Source: an uncultured Pseudomonadota bacterium | GTDB lineage: Bacteria > Myxococcota_A > Polyangia > Fen-1088 | DNA: 64,000 bases | Direction of reading: 5' to 3' | NCBI GenBank assembly: GCA_963847705.1 | Contig: CAWKBC010000029.1 | Span: 1-64,000 of the forward strand | Shown: one piece after another, positions 38,861 to 48,312 of the stretch | How the letters are laid out: each line of letters starts with the position of its first letter | Position numbering within the stretch: the stretch's first letter is position 1 | Notes under the pieces: model-generated | The model's input: only the letters and a program-made list of their open reading frames with translations | What the model was told of the DNA's origin: nothing | Database searches by the model: none | Made by a program: the position numbers and the translations under genes

Positions 38861-39458
38861 ATGACGACGACGCTGGAGCAGCTTCTCGAAGGTGAGTCGT
38901 TCGACGACGAGACCTTCGCCGGTTTCGATCTCGCGCGGGCCGACCTCAGCGGCAAGGCGTTTACAGGCTGCACCTTTCGGAACGTGAAGTTGCCGGAGAG
39001 CCGCTGGGCGCGCGCGCGACTCGAGGACTGCCTGCTCGAGGCCTGCGACCTGACCCGCCTGGCCCCGGCCGAGATGGCGCTGCGCGGCGCGCAGTTCAAC
39101 CGGTGCAAGATGATGGGCATCGACTGGAGCGGGGTCGGCGAGTATCCCGACCTCAGCTTCGCCGACTGCAACCTCGACTACTGCTCGTTCACCTCGCTGC
39201 GCCTGCGCAAGACCCCCTTCGTCCGCTGTTCCCTGGTCGAGGCGAGCTTCGTCGACGCCGATCTGACCGAGGCGCGGTTCGACGGCTGCCGGCTGACCGG
39301 CGCACGCTTCGCGCGGTGCGATCTCCGCAAGGCCTCGTTCGCCGGCGCGCAGGATTCTGTTGCTCGACCCGGCCACCAACCAGGTCCGGGGCGCGTCGAT
39401 CCCGCCCGAGGCCGCCCTGCTCCTGGCCGTCTCGTTCGGGTTCAAGCTGACGCCGTAG
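38861..39458 (+). CDS. Pentapeptide repeat protein; +1 frameshift near 39356
   Basis: A(D/N)LXX repeats; removing one T from GATTCTG (39353-39359) gives ..FAGAQDLLLDPATNQVRGASIPPEAALLLAVSFGFKLTP*. Confidence 0.85.
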
Positions 39459-39473
39459 CTCAGGGCCCTTTGC

Positions 39474-40631
39474 TCAATAGATGGCGACGCCTGCGGTGAG
39501 CTGAGCGGCCGGCGTCCAGACCTGGTCGAGCTTGGCGAGGCTGCCGCCGGCGCGCAGCGTGAGCGCGAGGCGCGACGTCAGATCCACCTCGGCGAGCGCG
39601 CCGCCGCCAACGGACGGCCCGCTGACGTAAGTCGGGGTCGACCCGACCAGCACCTCGGTGATCGCCATTCCGCCACTGCCGAACGCGCCCAGGTGGACCC
39701 GACCCCACCCGACCGGAAACCCCTGCAGCTCGAGACCGAGAGCGTGCCGTGGCACGAGGCCACCGGTGGCGACCCCGCCGGCCAGGCCGGAGCCCCCGGC
39801 AAGCCCGATGTCGGCCAGGAGTCCCAGCTTCCGGGTGAAGAAGTAGCCCGCCTGGACGTTCATGGCCGGTCCGGCCAGGGTCGCGCCGGCAAAGTCGAAG
39901 GCGATCGTCCCCGAGTCGAGCTTGAACGTCGCGCCCCGTCGATCGAGCGGCAGCCGCTCGAGCCGCTGGAGCCCGAATCCCTCGTCGTCCATCACCTTCG
40001 CCTCGACGGTCCCGGCGACCCACCCGGGCGACAGCTCGGCCACGGAGATCGTCGCCTGCTGGCCGTTGGCGGCGCGCAGGTGAACCGGCTGCTCCGGCGA
40101 CATCGCCACGTAGCCGTCGAAGCGAACCCCCTCGCTGGAGACGAGGCCGATCGCCACCACCACGGCGACCACGACGACGATCGCCACCAGCACGGCGTCT
40201 CCGTTGCCGCCGCCCCCGCCACCGCCCCCGCCGATGTGGCCTCCTCCGCCAACGTGGCCGCCCCCGCCGACGTGGCCGCCTCCGCCGACGTGGCCGCCCG
40301 AAGCGCTCCGGCCGCCGCCTCCGCCGTGGATCGAAGCGCTCCCGCGCCCCGCTGGCCGTCGGCCGTCCGAGAGGTCGACCCGCAGGTCGGCGGCATCGTC
40401 TTCGGTCGTCGGGGGGACCGGCTCGCTCCGCCGCTCGCCGAGATCCTGGACGACGCGGACCCGCGCCCCACGCTCCGGCGGCGGCGTCGCCGCCAGCCGG
40501 GCCAGCTCCTCGTGCGGGATCACGTATTCATTCGAGGTGCACCCGACCGCCAGGGGAAGGAACGCAGCGAGAGTCACGACGCTGACGCACGCCCCTGGGG
40601 TGCGCCCAAAGCCTCGATGGGTCCGCAGCAT
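39474..40631 (-). CDS. Hypothetical lipoprotein with GGGGH(V/I) repeats, TM helix and beta-barrel-like C-terminus
   Basis: Lipobox AVGC; four GGH(V/I)GG units; ends AGVAIY. Confidence 0.65.
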   Translation of the reverse strand: MLRTHRGFGRTPGACVSVVTLAAFLPLAVGCTSNEYVIPHEELARLAATPPPERGARVRVVQDLGERRSEPVPPTTEDDAADLRVDLSDGRRPAGRGSASIHGGGGGRSASGGHVGGGGHVGGGGHVGGGGHIGGGGGGGGGNGDAVLVAIVVVVAVVVAIGLVSSEGVRFDGYVAMSPEQPVHLRAANGQQATISVAELSPGWVAGTVEAKVMDDEGFGLQRLERLPLDRRGATFKLDSGTIAFDFAGATLAGPAMNVQAGYFFTRKLGLLADIGLAGGSGLAGGVATGGLVPRHALGLELQGFPVGWGRVHLGAFGSGGMAITEVLVGSTPTYVSGPSVGGGALAEVDLTSRLALTLRAGGSLAKLDQVWTPAAQLTAGVAIY

Positions 40632-40756
40632 CCGCGGCTGTTGTTCAGGTTCTGTGCCACCGCGAGAGGCGCCATCGGCGCGGGTGAGCGCGGGGCAGAA
40701 AGGCGGGTGTGGCGCCCCGGCGACGGAGCCGATGTGGCAATGTCGGTCGCAGTGCA

Positions 40757-41746
40757 ATGTCGGATGAGCAGGTGCTGACCGAGGTTCGGGGTGTCAATCC
40801 GGAGGCCGCGCTGGCGGCCATCCGGGCGCGGGGCGCCCGGTTCGCCGCCGGTGACCGCGCTCCCGACGGGCGCAAGCTGGCGCTGGTGGTGGAGGGCGGC
40901 GCGTTGCGCGCCGTCTCCTCGGCGGGCGGCGTGGTCGCGCTCGAGCACCTCGGCCTCACCGACGTGTTCGACGACGTCTACGGCACGTCGGCCGGCGCGA
41001 TGAACGCCAGCTACTTCGTCACCGGGCAGGCGCGGCTCGGCATCCGCATCTACTACGAGGACATGAACCAGCGCGCCGTCGTGAACCCGTACCGGTTCTG
41101 GAAGATCCTCGATCTCGACCGGCTGTTCGCCCAGACGATCCTGAGCGCCAAGCGGCTGCGCCTCGACACCATCCTGGCGGCGCGCTCGAAGCTCCACATC
41201 GCCACGCTGGAGGCGAAGACCGGCAGGGGACGGGTCTTCGACGCGCAGACGCTCGGCGGCGAGGCCGAGCTGCTGTCGGCGCTGCGGGCCGCCACCGCGG
41301 CGCCCTTCCTCTACAACCATCCCGTCACCGTCGAGGGACGCCGCTTCCTCGATGCCGGCCTGGTCAACTCGTTTCCCATCGCGGACGCGGTGGCGGCCGG
41401 CTGCACCGACATCCTCGTGCTGTTGACGCGTCCGTTCGCCTACCGCCGCCCCCGCGCCGGCCGGATGATGCGCTGGCTGTTCGACCGGATCTGCGCGCCC
41501 GGCAACCCGCTCCTCAGCCGGGCGTTTGCGCTGCGGCACGAGCGCGACGCCGCGCTCCGGGATCTCGCCTTCGGGCGATTGCCGGTTGCCGCCGGCGTGA
41601 ACATCGCCACCATCTGCACCGACGACGTCGAGATCGTCCAGCGCATGACCACCGAGCGCTCGCTCCTGCTGGCAGCCGCCCTGGCCTTCGGGCAGAAGAC
41701 GTTGCGGGTGCTCGGCGCCGATCCCGCCGGATGGACCCTCGAATGA
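40757..41746 (+). CDS. Patatin-like phospholipase
   Basis: LVVEGGALR, GTSAG nucleophile, FLDAG. Confidence 0.9.
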   Translation: MSDEQVLTEVRGVNPEAALAAIRARGARFAAGDRAPDGRKLALVVEGGALRAVSSAGGVVALEHLGLTDVFDDVYGTSAGAMNASYFVTGQARLGIRIYYEDMNQRAVVNPYRFWKILDLDRLFAQTILSAKRLRLDTILAARSKLHIATLEAKTGRGRVFDAQTLGGEAELLSALRAATAAPFLYNHPVTVEGRRFLDAGLVNSFPIADAVAAGCTDILVLLTRPFAYRRPRAGRMMRWLFDRICAPGNPLLSRAFALRHERDAALRDLAFGRLPVAAGVNIATICTDDVEIVQRMTTERSLLLAAALAFGQKTLRVLGADPAGWTLE

Positions 41747-43220
41747 TCTCGACCCCAGAGCGACACGCCACCGTCCCCGCCCCGGCTGCCCGCCGGCGCG
41801 ACTATCTGCTGATGGTGGCCATCGGCGCCTTCGCCACCACCTTCGCGCAGCAGCGGTCGACCTTCGGCAACTACCCGATCCTCTTTCTCCTCAAGGAGAG
41901 GTTGCACTTCGGCCGGGAACAGGTCGCCGAGTTCTTCATGTGGGCCACCTTCGCCTGGAGCATGAAGCCGCTGGCCGGCGTCCTCACCGACGCCTTCCCC
42001 ATCCGCGGCTCACGCCGGCGCGCCTACCTGCTGCTCGGCGGCCTCATCGGCGGCTCCTGCTGGGCGCTGCTCAGCGTCGTCACCGGCAACTATCACCTGT
42101 TTCTTCTGGTCTCGATCCTGCTCAACGTCGGCCTGGTCCTGGCGAGCACGGCGATGGGCGGCCTGCAGGTCGAGGCGGGACAGCTCTTCGGCCTCTCCGG
42201 CCGCATCTCGTCCCTCCGGCAGGTGGTCATGTCGATCGCGCTGGTCGCGGGACCCTTGCTGGGCGGGTGGCTGGCAAAGAAGGCGTTCGGCTACACCGCC
42301 GGCGTCGGCACGCTGGTGATGCTGGCGCTGGTGACGTTCGCGCTCTTCGGGTTCAAGGAGACGGCCACCACCCTCCCCCGCCCGAACGCGCCGCCGGCGA
42401 CCCTGCGCCTGCCGAAGGCCCACGGTATCGCCCGTCGACGACCACCTGGATCGGCGTGGGGATCCTCCTGGCGGCCGGCACGGGGAGCGTGCTCGTCCAC
42501 GGGATGCTCAACGTCGGCCTCTCGCTGTTTGCCATGCTGGCCGTCTTCCTGTTCGTCCTGGCGCTGGCCATGACCCGCGTCCGCAATCCGGTGCTCTTGC
42601 AGGCCCAGCGGCAGCTGTCGCAGATCCTGCGCTCGCGCGCCCTCTGGCTGGCGGCCGGGATGCTGTTCCTCGTCTACGTCGTGCCCGGGTTCAACACCGC
42701 CCTCACCTATCGGCAGAGCGACGAGCTGCACTTCAGCAAGGAGCTGATCGGGCGGGTGGCCAGCATCGAGGGGGCGGCGGGCGTCGTCTTCGCGCTGGTC
42801 TACGCCGTCGTCTGCAGCCGGTTCAACCTGCGCACGCTGATCGTCTTCTCGATGGCCGCCAACGCCGCCGGCACCCTGCTGTTTCTGAGCTACACGGCCT
42901 CCGACGCCTACGCCGTCCACGCCGTGACCGGCGCGCTCAGCGTCCTGTCCGAGCTGGCGCTCATGGATCTGGCCGTCCGCTCGACCCCGCCAGGATGCGA
43001 AGGGCTCGGCTTCGCCCTCATGATGAGCGTGCGCAACTTCGGCATCGCCATGAGCGACGTCGGCGGCTCGATGCTGATGGACCAGGCCCACTTCACCTTC
43101 ACCACCCTCGTCCTCATCAACGCCTGCACCACCGCCGCCGTCCTGCTGTTCGTGCCCGCGCTTCCCAAAGCGTTGATCCTTCGCAAGGAAGGGGAACGGC
43201 AAACGCCCGCGAAAGCCTGA
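41743..43220 (+). CDS. MFS transporter, BT1/folate-biopterin family; frameshift near 42375
   Basis: AWSMKPLAGVLTDAFPIRGSRRRAY; second half LMDLAVRSTPPGCEGLGFALMMS in the frame of 41940; one C missing in a C-run. Confidence 0.85.
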
Positions 43221-43230
43221 ACGGGGTCGC

Positions 43231-43259
43231 TTGACACGTTTGCGAGGCACAATGATCAT
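43231..43259 (+). promoter_or_regulatory. Sigma-70 promoter, probably leaderless
   Basis: TTGACA-17 nt-GATCAT; GTG start lies 6 nt after the -10 box. Confidence 0.6.
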
Positions 43260-43265
43260 CTTTGC

Positions 43266-43952
43266 GTGAACTGGCACTCTGTTCGAAGGCTCGCTTTGCT
43301 GGCGGCGCTCATTTGTCCAACGTTGGAGGCCTGCGCGTTCACCACCGACACCCTGGCGCCTGGCTACCAACCGCAACCCTGGGCCAGGCGGGTCAATGGC
43401 GCCGAGCAGGTGGCGGTGCGGGTGGAGGTGCGAGACCTGCGGAGGGATCGCGCCCGCGTGGGTGTCAAGAAGAACGGCTACGGAATGGAGATGGCGCCCA
43501 TCGTGTCGGCGACGGACGTTGCCGCGTTCGTGCGGGCGAACGTTGCTCTGGAGCTGGCGCGCCGGGGGTTCACGGTCGGCCAGACCGGGTTGGTCGTCAA
43601 CGTCGACCTGCGCAGGTACTTCAACGATTTCAGGCTCGGCTTCATGAGCGGCGACGCGACGGCCGAGGTGATCTTCGACGTCAGCGCCTACCCGGTGGGT
43701 CCCGAGGGCGCGGGGCCGCCCATCTTCCTGGGCCATTTCGAGGGAGTCGGGGAGAACAACGGAATCCAGATGTTCAGCGGCGAGAACGCCAAGGTGGCGC
43801 TGGACGCTGCCTTCATGGACGCGATGCGGTTGATGTTCTCCGACCGGCGGTTCCTGGCCGCGCTGATGCAGACCGCGGTGTTGCCTCCTCCCTACGCTCC
43901 GCCGACGCCGCCGCCCCAACCCGGCGGCCCGAGCGCCGCGCCGACCTCCTGA
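43266..43952 (+). CDS. YajG-like lipoprotein
   Basis: Lipobox LEAC; V.V.DLR..VG.KKNGYGME.A.I, ELARRGF, Pro-rich tail. Confidence 0.7.
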   Translation: MNWHSVRRLALLAALICPTLEACAFTTDTLAPGYQPQPWARRVNGAEQVAVRVEVRDLRRDRARVGVKKNGYGMEMAPIVSATDVAAFVRANVALELARRGFTVGQTGLVVNVDLRRYFNDFRLGFMSGDATAEVIFDVSAYPVGPEGAGPPIFLGHFEGVGENNGIQMFSGENAKVALDAAFMDAMRLMFSDRRFLAALMQTAVLPPPYAPPTPPPQPGGPSAAPTS

Positions 43953-44114
43953 GCGACGGGGACTGTCCCCACGATGGCGCCGACCGCGACCGACGCAAAA
44001 CCGAGGCCCGTCAGGTAGCTCGCCAGCACGCTGCTGACGACGCCGTTGGTCAGGCCCCGAACGCCGCGCGTGAAAGAGCAGCTTGTGCGCGTCCGACGTG
44101 GATCTGTCAGATAA
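43953..44114 (-). pseudogene. N-terminal relic of an MFS transporter
   Basis: SDAHKLLF / TRGVRGLTNGVVSSVLASYLTGLGFASVAVGAIV across a frameshift; ends at the convergent lipoprotein stop. Confidence 0.5.
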
Positions 44115-44120
44115 TGGGGG

Positions 44121-45218
44121 ATGGCCAGCGGCCTGCAGACGACGCGTCCGTTCGCGCGGGGGATCGGTCTGGCCGCGCTCGCGGCGCTGCTGTTCGGCGC
44201 CACGGCGCCGCTCCTCCAGATCGCCTCGCGCGGCCTCAACCCGGTCGCGGCGGCGGCGTTCCTGTACCTGGGCGCCGGCGTGCTGGCGCTGGTGACCAAG
44301 CTCGGGCGTGACGGGCACTCGGTCTCGCGGCGTTCGGGAGTGCGAAAGGAAGCCGCCCTCACCCGCGGCGACCTCCCGCGGGTGCTGCTGGTGGCGCTGC
44401 TCGGCGGCTTCGCCGGCCCGGCGCTGCTGGTGTACGGCCTCGCGCACACCGATGCGGTCCGTGCGTCGCTGCTCCTGACCCTGGAGGCGCCGCTCACCGC
44501 CCTGCTCGCGGCGGCCCTGTTTGGCGAGTACGTCTCACGGCGCGTCTGGTTCGCGGTCACGCTCATCAGCGTCGGCGCGGCGACGCTGGCCTATCCGGCG
44601 CTGGCTCATCGCGCCGCGCCCGGCCAGACGACAGGTGACCTCTTCGTCGTCCTGGCCTGCCTCGCCTGGGCGCTCGACAACAGCATCTCCCGCAAGCTGG
44701 CCGAGCGCGATCCGCTGGCGGTCGTCGCCGCCAAGGGCCTCTGCGGAGCCTCCCTGTCGCTCGGCGTGGCCTTCGCCGCCGGATGGGTCACGATCGACGT
44801 CGGCGCGGCGCTGCGGCTCCTGGCCGTCGGCGCCGTCGGCTATGGGTTGAGCCTGCAGCTCTACCTGCGGGCGCAACGGATGGTCGGGGCGGCGCGCACG
44901 GCGTCGGTCTTCGCGGCCGCGCCCTTCGTCGGCGTCGCGGTGGCGATGCTGGCCGGCACCCCCTGGCCCGGCGCGGTCGTGGCGCTTTCGGCGGGGTTGA
45001 TGGCCGCTGGCATCTGGCTGCACACCACGGAGCATCACGAGCACGCGCACGCGCACCTGGCGCTCGACCACGACCACGCGCACGTGCACGACGACGGACA
45101 CCACGGGCATCACCACGACCCGATGCCGCTCGGCCCCCACTCTCATCTTCACCACCACGATCCTCTCAGCCACCACCACGAGCACAGCGAGGATGTCCAT
45201 CACCACCACGTCCATTGA
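44121..45218 (+). CDS. EamA/DMT family transporter with His-rich C-terminal tail
   Basis: [42 protein letters not shown]; about 29 His in the last ~65 aa. Confidence 0.9.
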   Translation: MASGLQTTRPFARGIGLAALAALLFGATAPLLQIASRGLNPVAAAAFLYLGAGVLALVTKLGRDGHSVSRRSGVRKEAALTRGDLPRVLLVALLGGFAGPALLVYGLAHTDAVRASLLLTLEAPLTALLAAALFGEYVSRRVWFAVTLISVGAATLAYPALAHRAAPGQTTGDLFVVLACLAWALDNSISRKLAERDPLAVVAAKGLCGASLSLGVAFAAGWVTIDVGAALRLLAVGAVGYGLSLQLYLRAQRMVGAARTASVFAAAPFVGVAVAMLAGTPWPGAVVALSAGLMAAGIWLHTTEHHEHAHAHLALDHDHAHVHDDGHHGHHHDPMPLGPHSHLHHHDPLSHHHEHSEDVHHHHVH

Positions 45219-46092
45219 CCGAGGCGTTGGCCGAGTCGAAGAAGACGACCACGAAGACCACGGCGACGAGCTCATCGCGCCGTTGCTCCCACTGCTGACC
45301 GGGCGGCGGATCGTGGCGCTGACCGGGGCCGGCTGCAGCACGGAGTCGGGAATCCCCGACTATCGAAGCAATGGCCGGAGCGGCCCGCGGAACCCGATCC
45401 AGCAGGACGCCTTCCTGCGGCGCGAAGACGTGCGGCGCCGCTACTGGGCACGCGCGACCCTCGGCTGGGCGCGCTTTCGAGCGGCGGAGCCCAACGCCGC
45501 TCACCGCGCGCTGGCGTCGCTCGAACAGGAAGGCCTCCTCGCCGGGGTGATCACCCAGAACGTCGATCGCCTGCACCACCGCGCCGGAAGCCGTCGGGTG
45601 GTCGAGCTGCACGGCGCGCTGGCGGAGGTGAGCTGTCTGCGCTGCGGCGCCGCCGAGGAGCGCGACCAACTCCAACAGCGTCTGCTCGAGGCGAATCCCG
45701 GCTGGCTGGAGCTGGGCGCCGACGCCCTGCCCGACGGCGACTCCGAGCTCCCCGCCGAGCTGGTGGCCGGCTTCCGGCTGGTCGGGTGCCGGGGCTGCGG
45801 CGGCGACCTCAAGCCCAATGTCGTCTTCTTCGGCGGCAACGTCCCGGCGCCCACCCTGGCCGCCGCCTGGGAGCTGTTCGCGGAGGGCGAGGTGCTGCTG
45901 GTGATCGGTTCGTCCCTGACCGTCTATTCGGGCTTCCGATTCGTGCGGCGCGCCCAGGAGCTCGCGCTCCCCATCGCCGTCATCAACATCGGCCCCACCC
46001 GCGCCGACGATCTGGTGCAGGCGAAGATCTCGGCGCCCGCCTCCCTGGTGCTCCCGCGGCTGGCCCGCCAGCTTCGGGCGCGTTCGAGCTGA
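45193..46092 (+). CDS. cobB: NAD-dependent protein deacylase (sirtuin, SIRT4/class II-like)
   Basis: [28 protein letters not shown], CxxC..PDGD..Cxx[31 protein letters not shown]. Confidence 0.9.
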   Translation: MSITTTSIDRGVGRVEEDDHEDHGDELIAPLLPLLTGRRIVALTGAGCSTESGIPDYRSNGRSGPRNPIQQDAFLRREDVRRRYWARATLGWARFRAAEPNAAHRALASLEQEGLLAGVITQNVDRLHHRAGSRRVVELHGALAEVSCLRCGAAEERDQLQQRLLEANPGWLELGADALPDGDSELPAELVAGFRLVGCRGCGGDLKPNVVFFGGNVPAPTLAAAWELFAEGEVLLVIGSSLTVYSGFRFVRRAQELALPIAVINIGPTRADDLVQAKISAPASLVLPRLARQLRARSS

Positions 46093-46309
46093 CAAAACAG
46101 ACCCCGAGGGGCGCAGCATCTGTCGACAGAGGCCACAAAAACGTCCTGGCAATTACGCACCGGCGGGCCGAAAAACCGCGACTGCTTCCTGGAATACGTC
46201 CCTCTCCCGTCGTTTTGGGTGGTGCAGCTTTCATTTTTCGGAGCTGTGGTTGAGTTGGTGTTTCTGATATGGTCCAGCTCGCTTTTTTTAACGGGGGAGA
46301 TGCGCACGG

Positions 46310-48292
46310 ATGAGCTTTTCACTTCGATCGGTCGCTGCGGGTTTGGTTCTGGTCACGGCGTCGGTGCTGTCCGGCTGCGGAGGAGGTTCCGGGAAACCGG
46401 CCCCCGGCATGGGCTGCTCGCTCACCAGCCAGTGTGCGGCGGGTCTGATCTGCACCTTCGGGTTCTGTCATGACCAGTGTGAGAAGGACGTCGACTGCTC
46501 GCCCGGGATGTGCGTGAAGTCGACCGCGCTCGGCGACGCGGGCGGCGCGCTCAACGTCTGCCAGCTCCCGACGGAGGCGCACTGCTACTACAACAGTCAG
46601 TGCATGGCACCGCTGGTCTGCGGTCGCGATGAGCAATGCCGCAACCAGTGCCAGAGCAGCGTGGACTGCGTCACCGGCCAGATCTGTACCTCCTCGGGCG
46701 TTTGCGCGGACCAGTCGCAGATCGTGGCCGGGACAAACGACGTCACGCTGGTCACGACGGGCCGCGACGGCGGCGCCGACATGTACGCGAGCGGAACCGC
46801 CGGGACGGGTGTCCTCGGCACGGGCGGCGCGGCCGGCGGAGGCGCCACCGGCACCGGCGGCTCGGGCGGCGGGACCGCCACCGGGACCGGCGGAACGGCA
46901 GGCACGGCCGGCTCGACCGGCTTGGCCGGGTCGACTGGCAAAGGCGGCGCCACCGGCACGGGCGGCGCGAGCGGAGGCTGCTCGCCGGCGTGTGCCCTCG
47001 GATTTCAGTGCGCCTCCGGCACCTGCCAGGCCTGTGGAACCTCGGGCGCCATCTGCTGCGGCACCGGGAGCACGGCGACCTGCCAGTCGAACCTGACCTG
47101 TGTCTCTGGCACCTGCACCTGCGGCGGGGTCAATCAGGCCTGCTGCACCGGGACCACCTGCGGCACCGGGCTTCAGTGCGTGGCGGGCGTCTGCAGCTGC
47201 GGCGGCGCAGGACAGAACTGCTGCAGCGGGAAGACTTGCAACACCGGTCTCGTCTGCGGCGGGATCCGCTGCGGCTGCGCAGTCGCCTGCGACGAAACGG
47301 CCGTCTTGAAGACCGACGGCTCGGTCTTCATCAGCAACACGCCCATCACCAACCTGGACGACACGCTGTTCAAGGTGACGACCGTCTCGTACAACGGCTC
47401 CTTCGGCTGCGGCGTGAAGGCGGATGGGACGGTCTGGTGCTGGGGAACCAACACCTACGGCGCGCTCGGCATCGGTGACACCACCGTCCCCAGCTCGACG
47501 CCGCCGGTCGAGGTCGTCACCGCGGCGGGCGGCCCCGCGTTGACGGGCATCACCTCGGTCGGGGTCTCCGACTCGGGCTACACCGCCTGCGCGATCGGCG
47601 CTTCCGGCGCCGTCTGGTGCTGGGGCTACGGCGGCTACGGCCAGCTGGGGAACGGGTTCAAGAACAACTCCTCCTACGCCACGCCGGTCCTCACCGACGC
47701 CAGCGCCACGCAGTTCACCGGCGCGCAGACAGTCTCGGTCAGCTACGTCCACGCCTGCGTGTACAAGACCGACATGACGGTCTGGTGTTGGGGCGACAAC
47801 ACCTACGGAGAGATCGGCGTCGGAAGCACGGCGACGGCGATCCTCTACCCCACGCAGGTCACCAACCTGCAGACCTCGGCGCTCGACGTGATCGCGGCTG
47901 ACGAGCCGTACGGAAACTCGTGCGCCACCACCTCGGACGGCAGCGCCTACTGCTGGGGCGCCAACTCTTACGACGGCCTCGGCAACGGATTGATGAGCGG
48001 GATGGCGATCGTGCCGACGCAGGTGCTAACGGCGGCGGCGACCCCGCTGACCAATGTGACCAGGGTCATCGACTGGATGTCCGGCTACAAGCTCTGCGCC
48101 CAGCGGAGCGATCTCAGCGTCTGGTGCTGGGGGGGTGGCAGCGCCGGCGGGGTCTTCGCGACGCCGCTCGTCGACGCCCAGAGCAATCCAGTCTCGGGTG
48201 AGACGGTCATTGGCCGCCAGTGCTACCTCGACGCCAACGACAAACTCTGGGTGGCCGGCTCGATGTCCGGCAATCAGGTCACTTGCCCCTGA
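46310..48292 (+). CDS. Cys-rich lipoprotein with Gly/Thr linker and RCC1/BLIP-II beta-propeller repeats
   Basis: Lipobox LSGC; CxxxxxC repeats; repeated GTVWCWGxNxxGxLG motifs. Confidence 0.85.
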   Translation: MSFSLRSVAAGLVLVTASVLSGCGGGSGKPAPGMGCSLTSQCAAGLICTFGFCHDQCEKDVDCSPGMCVKSTALGDAGGALNVCQLPTEAHCYYNSQCMAPLVCGRDEQCRNQCQSSVDCVTGQICTSSGVCADQSQIVAGTNDVTLVTTGRDGGADMYASGTAGTGVLGTGGAAGGGATGTGGSGGGTATGTGGTAGTAGSTGLAGSTGKGGATGTGGASGGCSPACALGFQCASGTCQACGTSGAICCGTGSTATCQSNLTCVSGTCTCGGVNQACCTGTTCGTGLQCVAGVCSCGGAGQNCCSGKTCNTGLVCGGIRCGCAVACDETAVLKTDGSVFISNTPITNLDDTLFKVTTVSYNGSFGCGVKADGTVWCWGTNTYGALGIGDTTVPSSTPPVEVVTAAGGPALTGITSVGVSDSGYTACAIGASGAVWCWGYGGYGQLGNGFKNNSSYATPVLTDASATQFTGAQTVSVSYVHACVYKTDMTVWCWGDNTYGEIGVGSTATAILYPTQVTNLQTSALDVIAADEPYGNSCATTSDGSAYCWGANSYDGLGNGLMSGMAIVPTQVLTAAATPLTNVTRVIDWMSGYKLCAQRSDLSVWCWGGGSAGGVFATPLVDAQSNPVSGETVIGRQCYLDANDKLWVAGSMSGNQVTCP

Positions 48293-48312
48293 CGTGATAG
48301 AGTCCACGCGCA

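Noticed and set aside
2370-39359. Programmed ribosomal frameshifting at GATTCTG
   Set aside because: Different codon phases, unrelated genes, and no slippery run or stimulatory structure
46093-46309. Riboswitch/ncRNA in the AT-richer intergenic region
   Set aside because: No recognisable conserved aptamer motifs by eye; an Rfam covariance search would be needed
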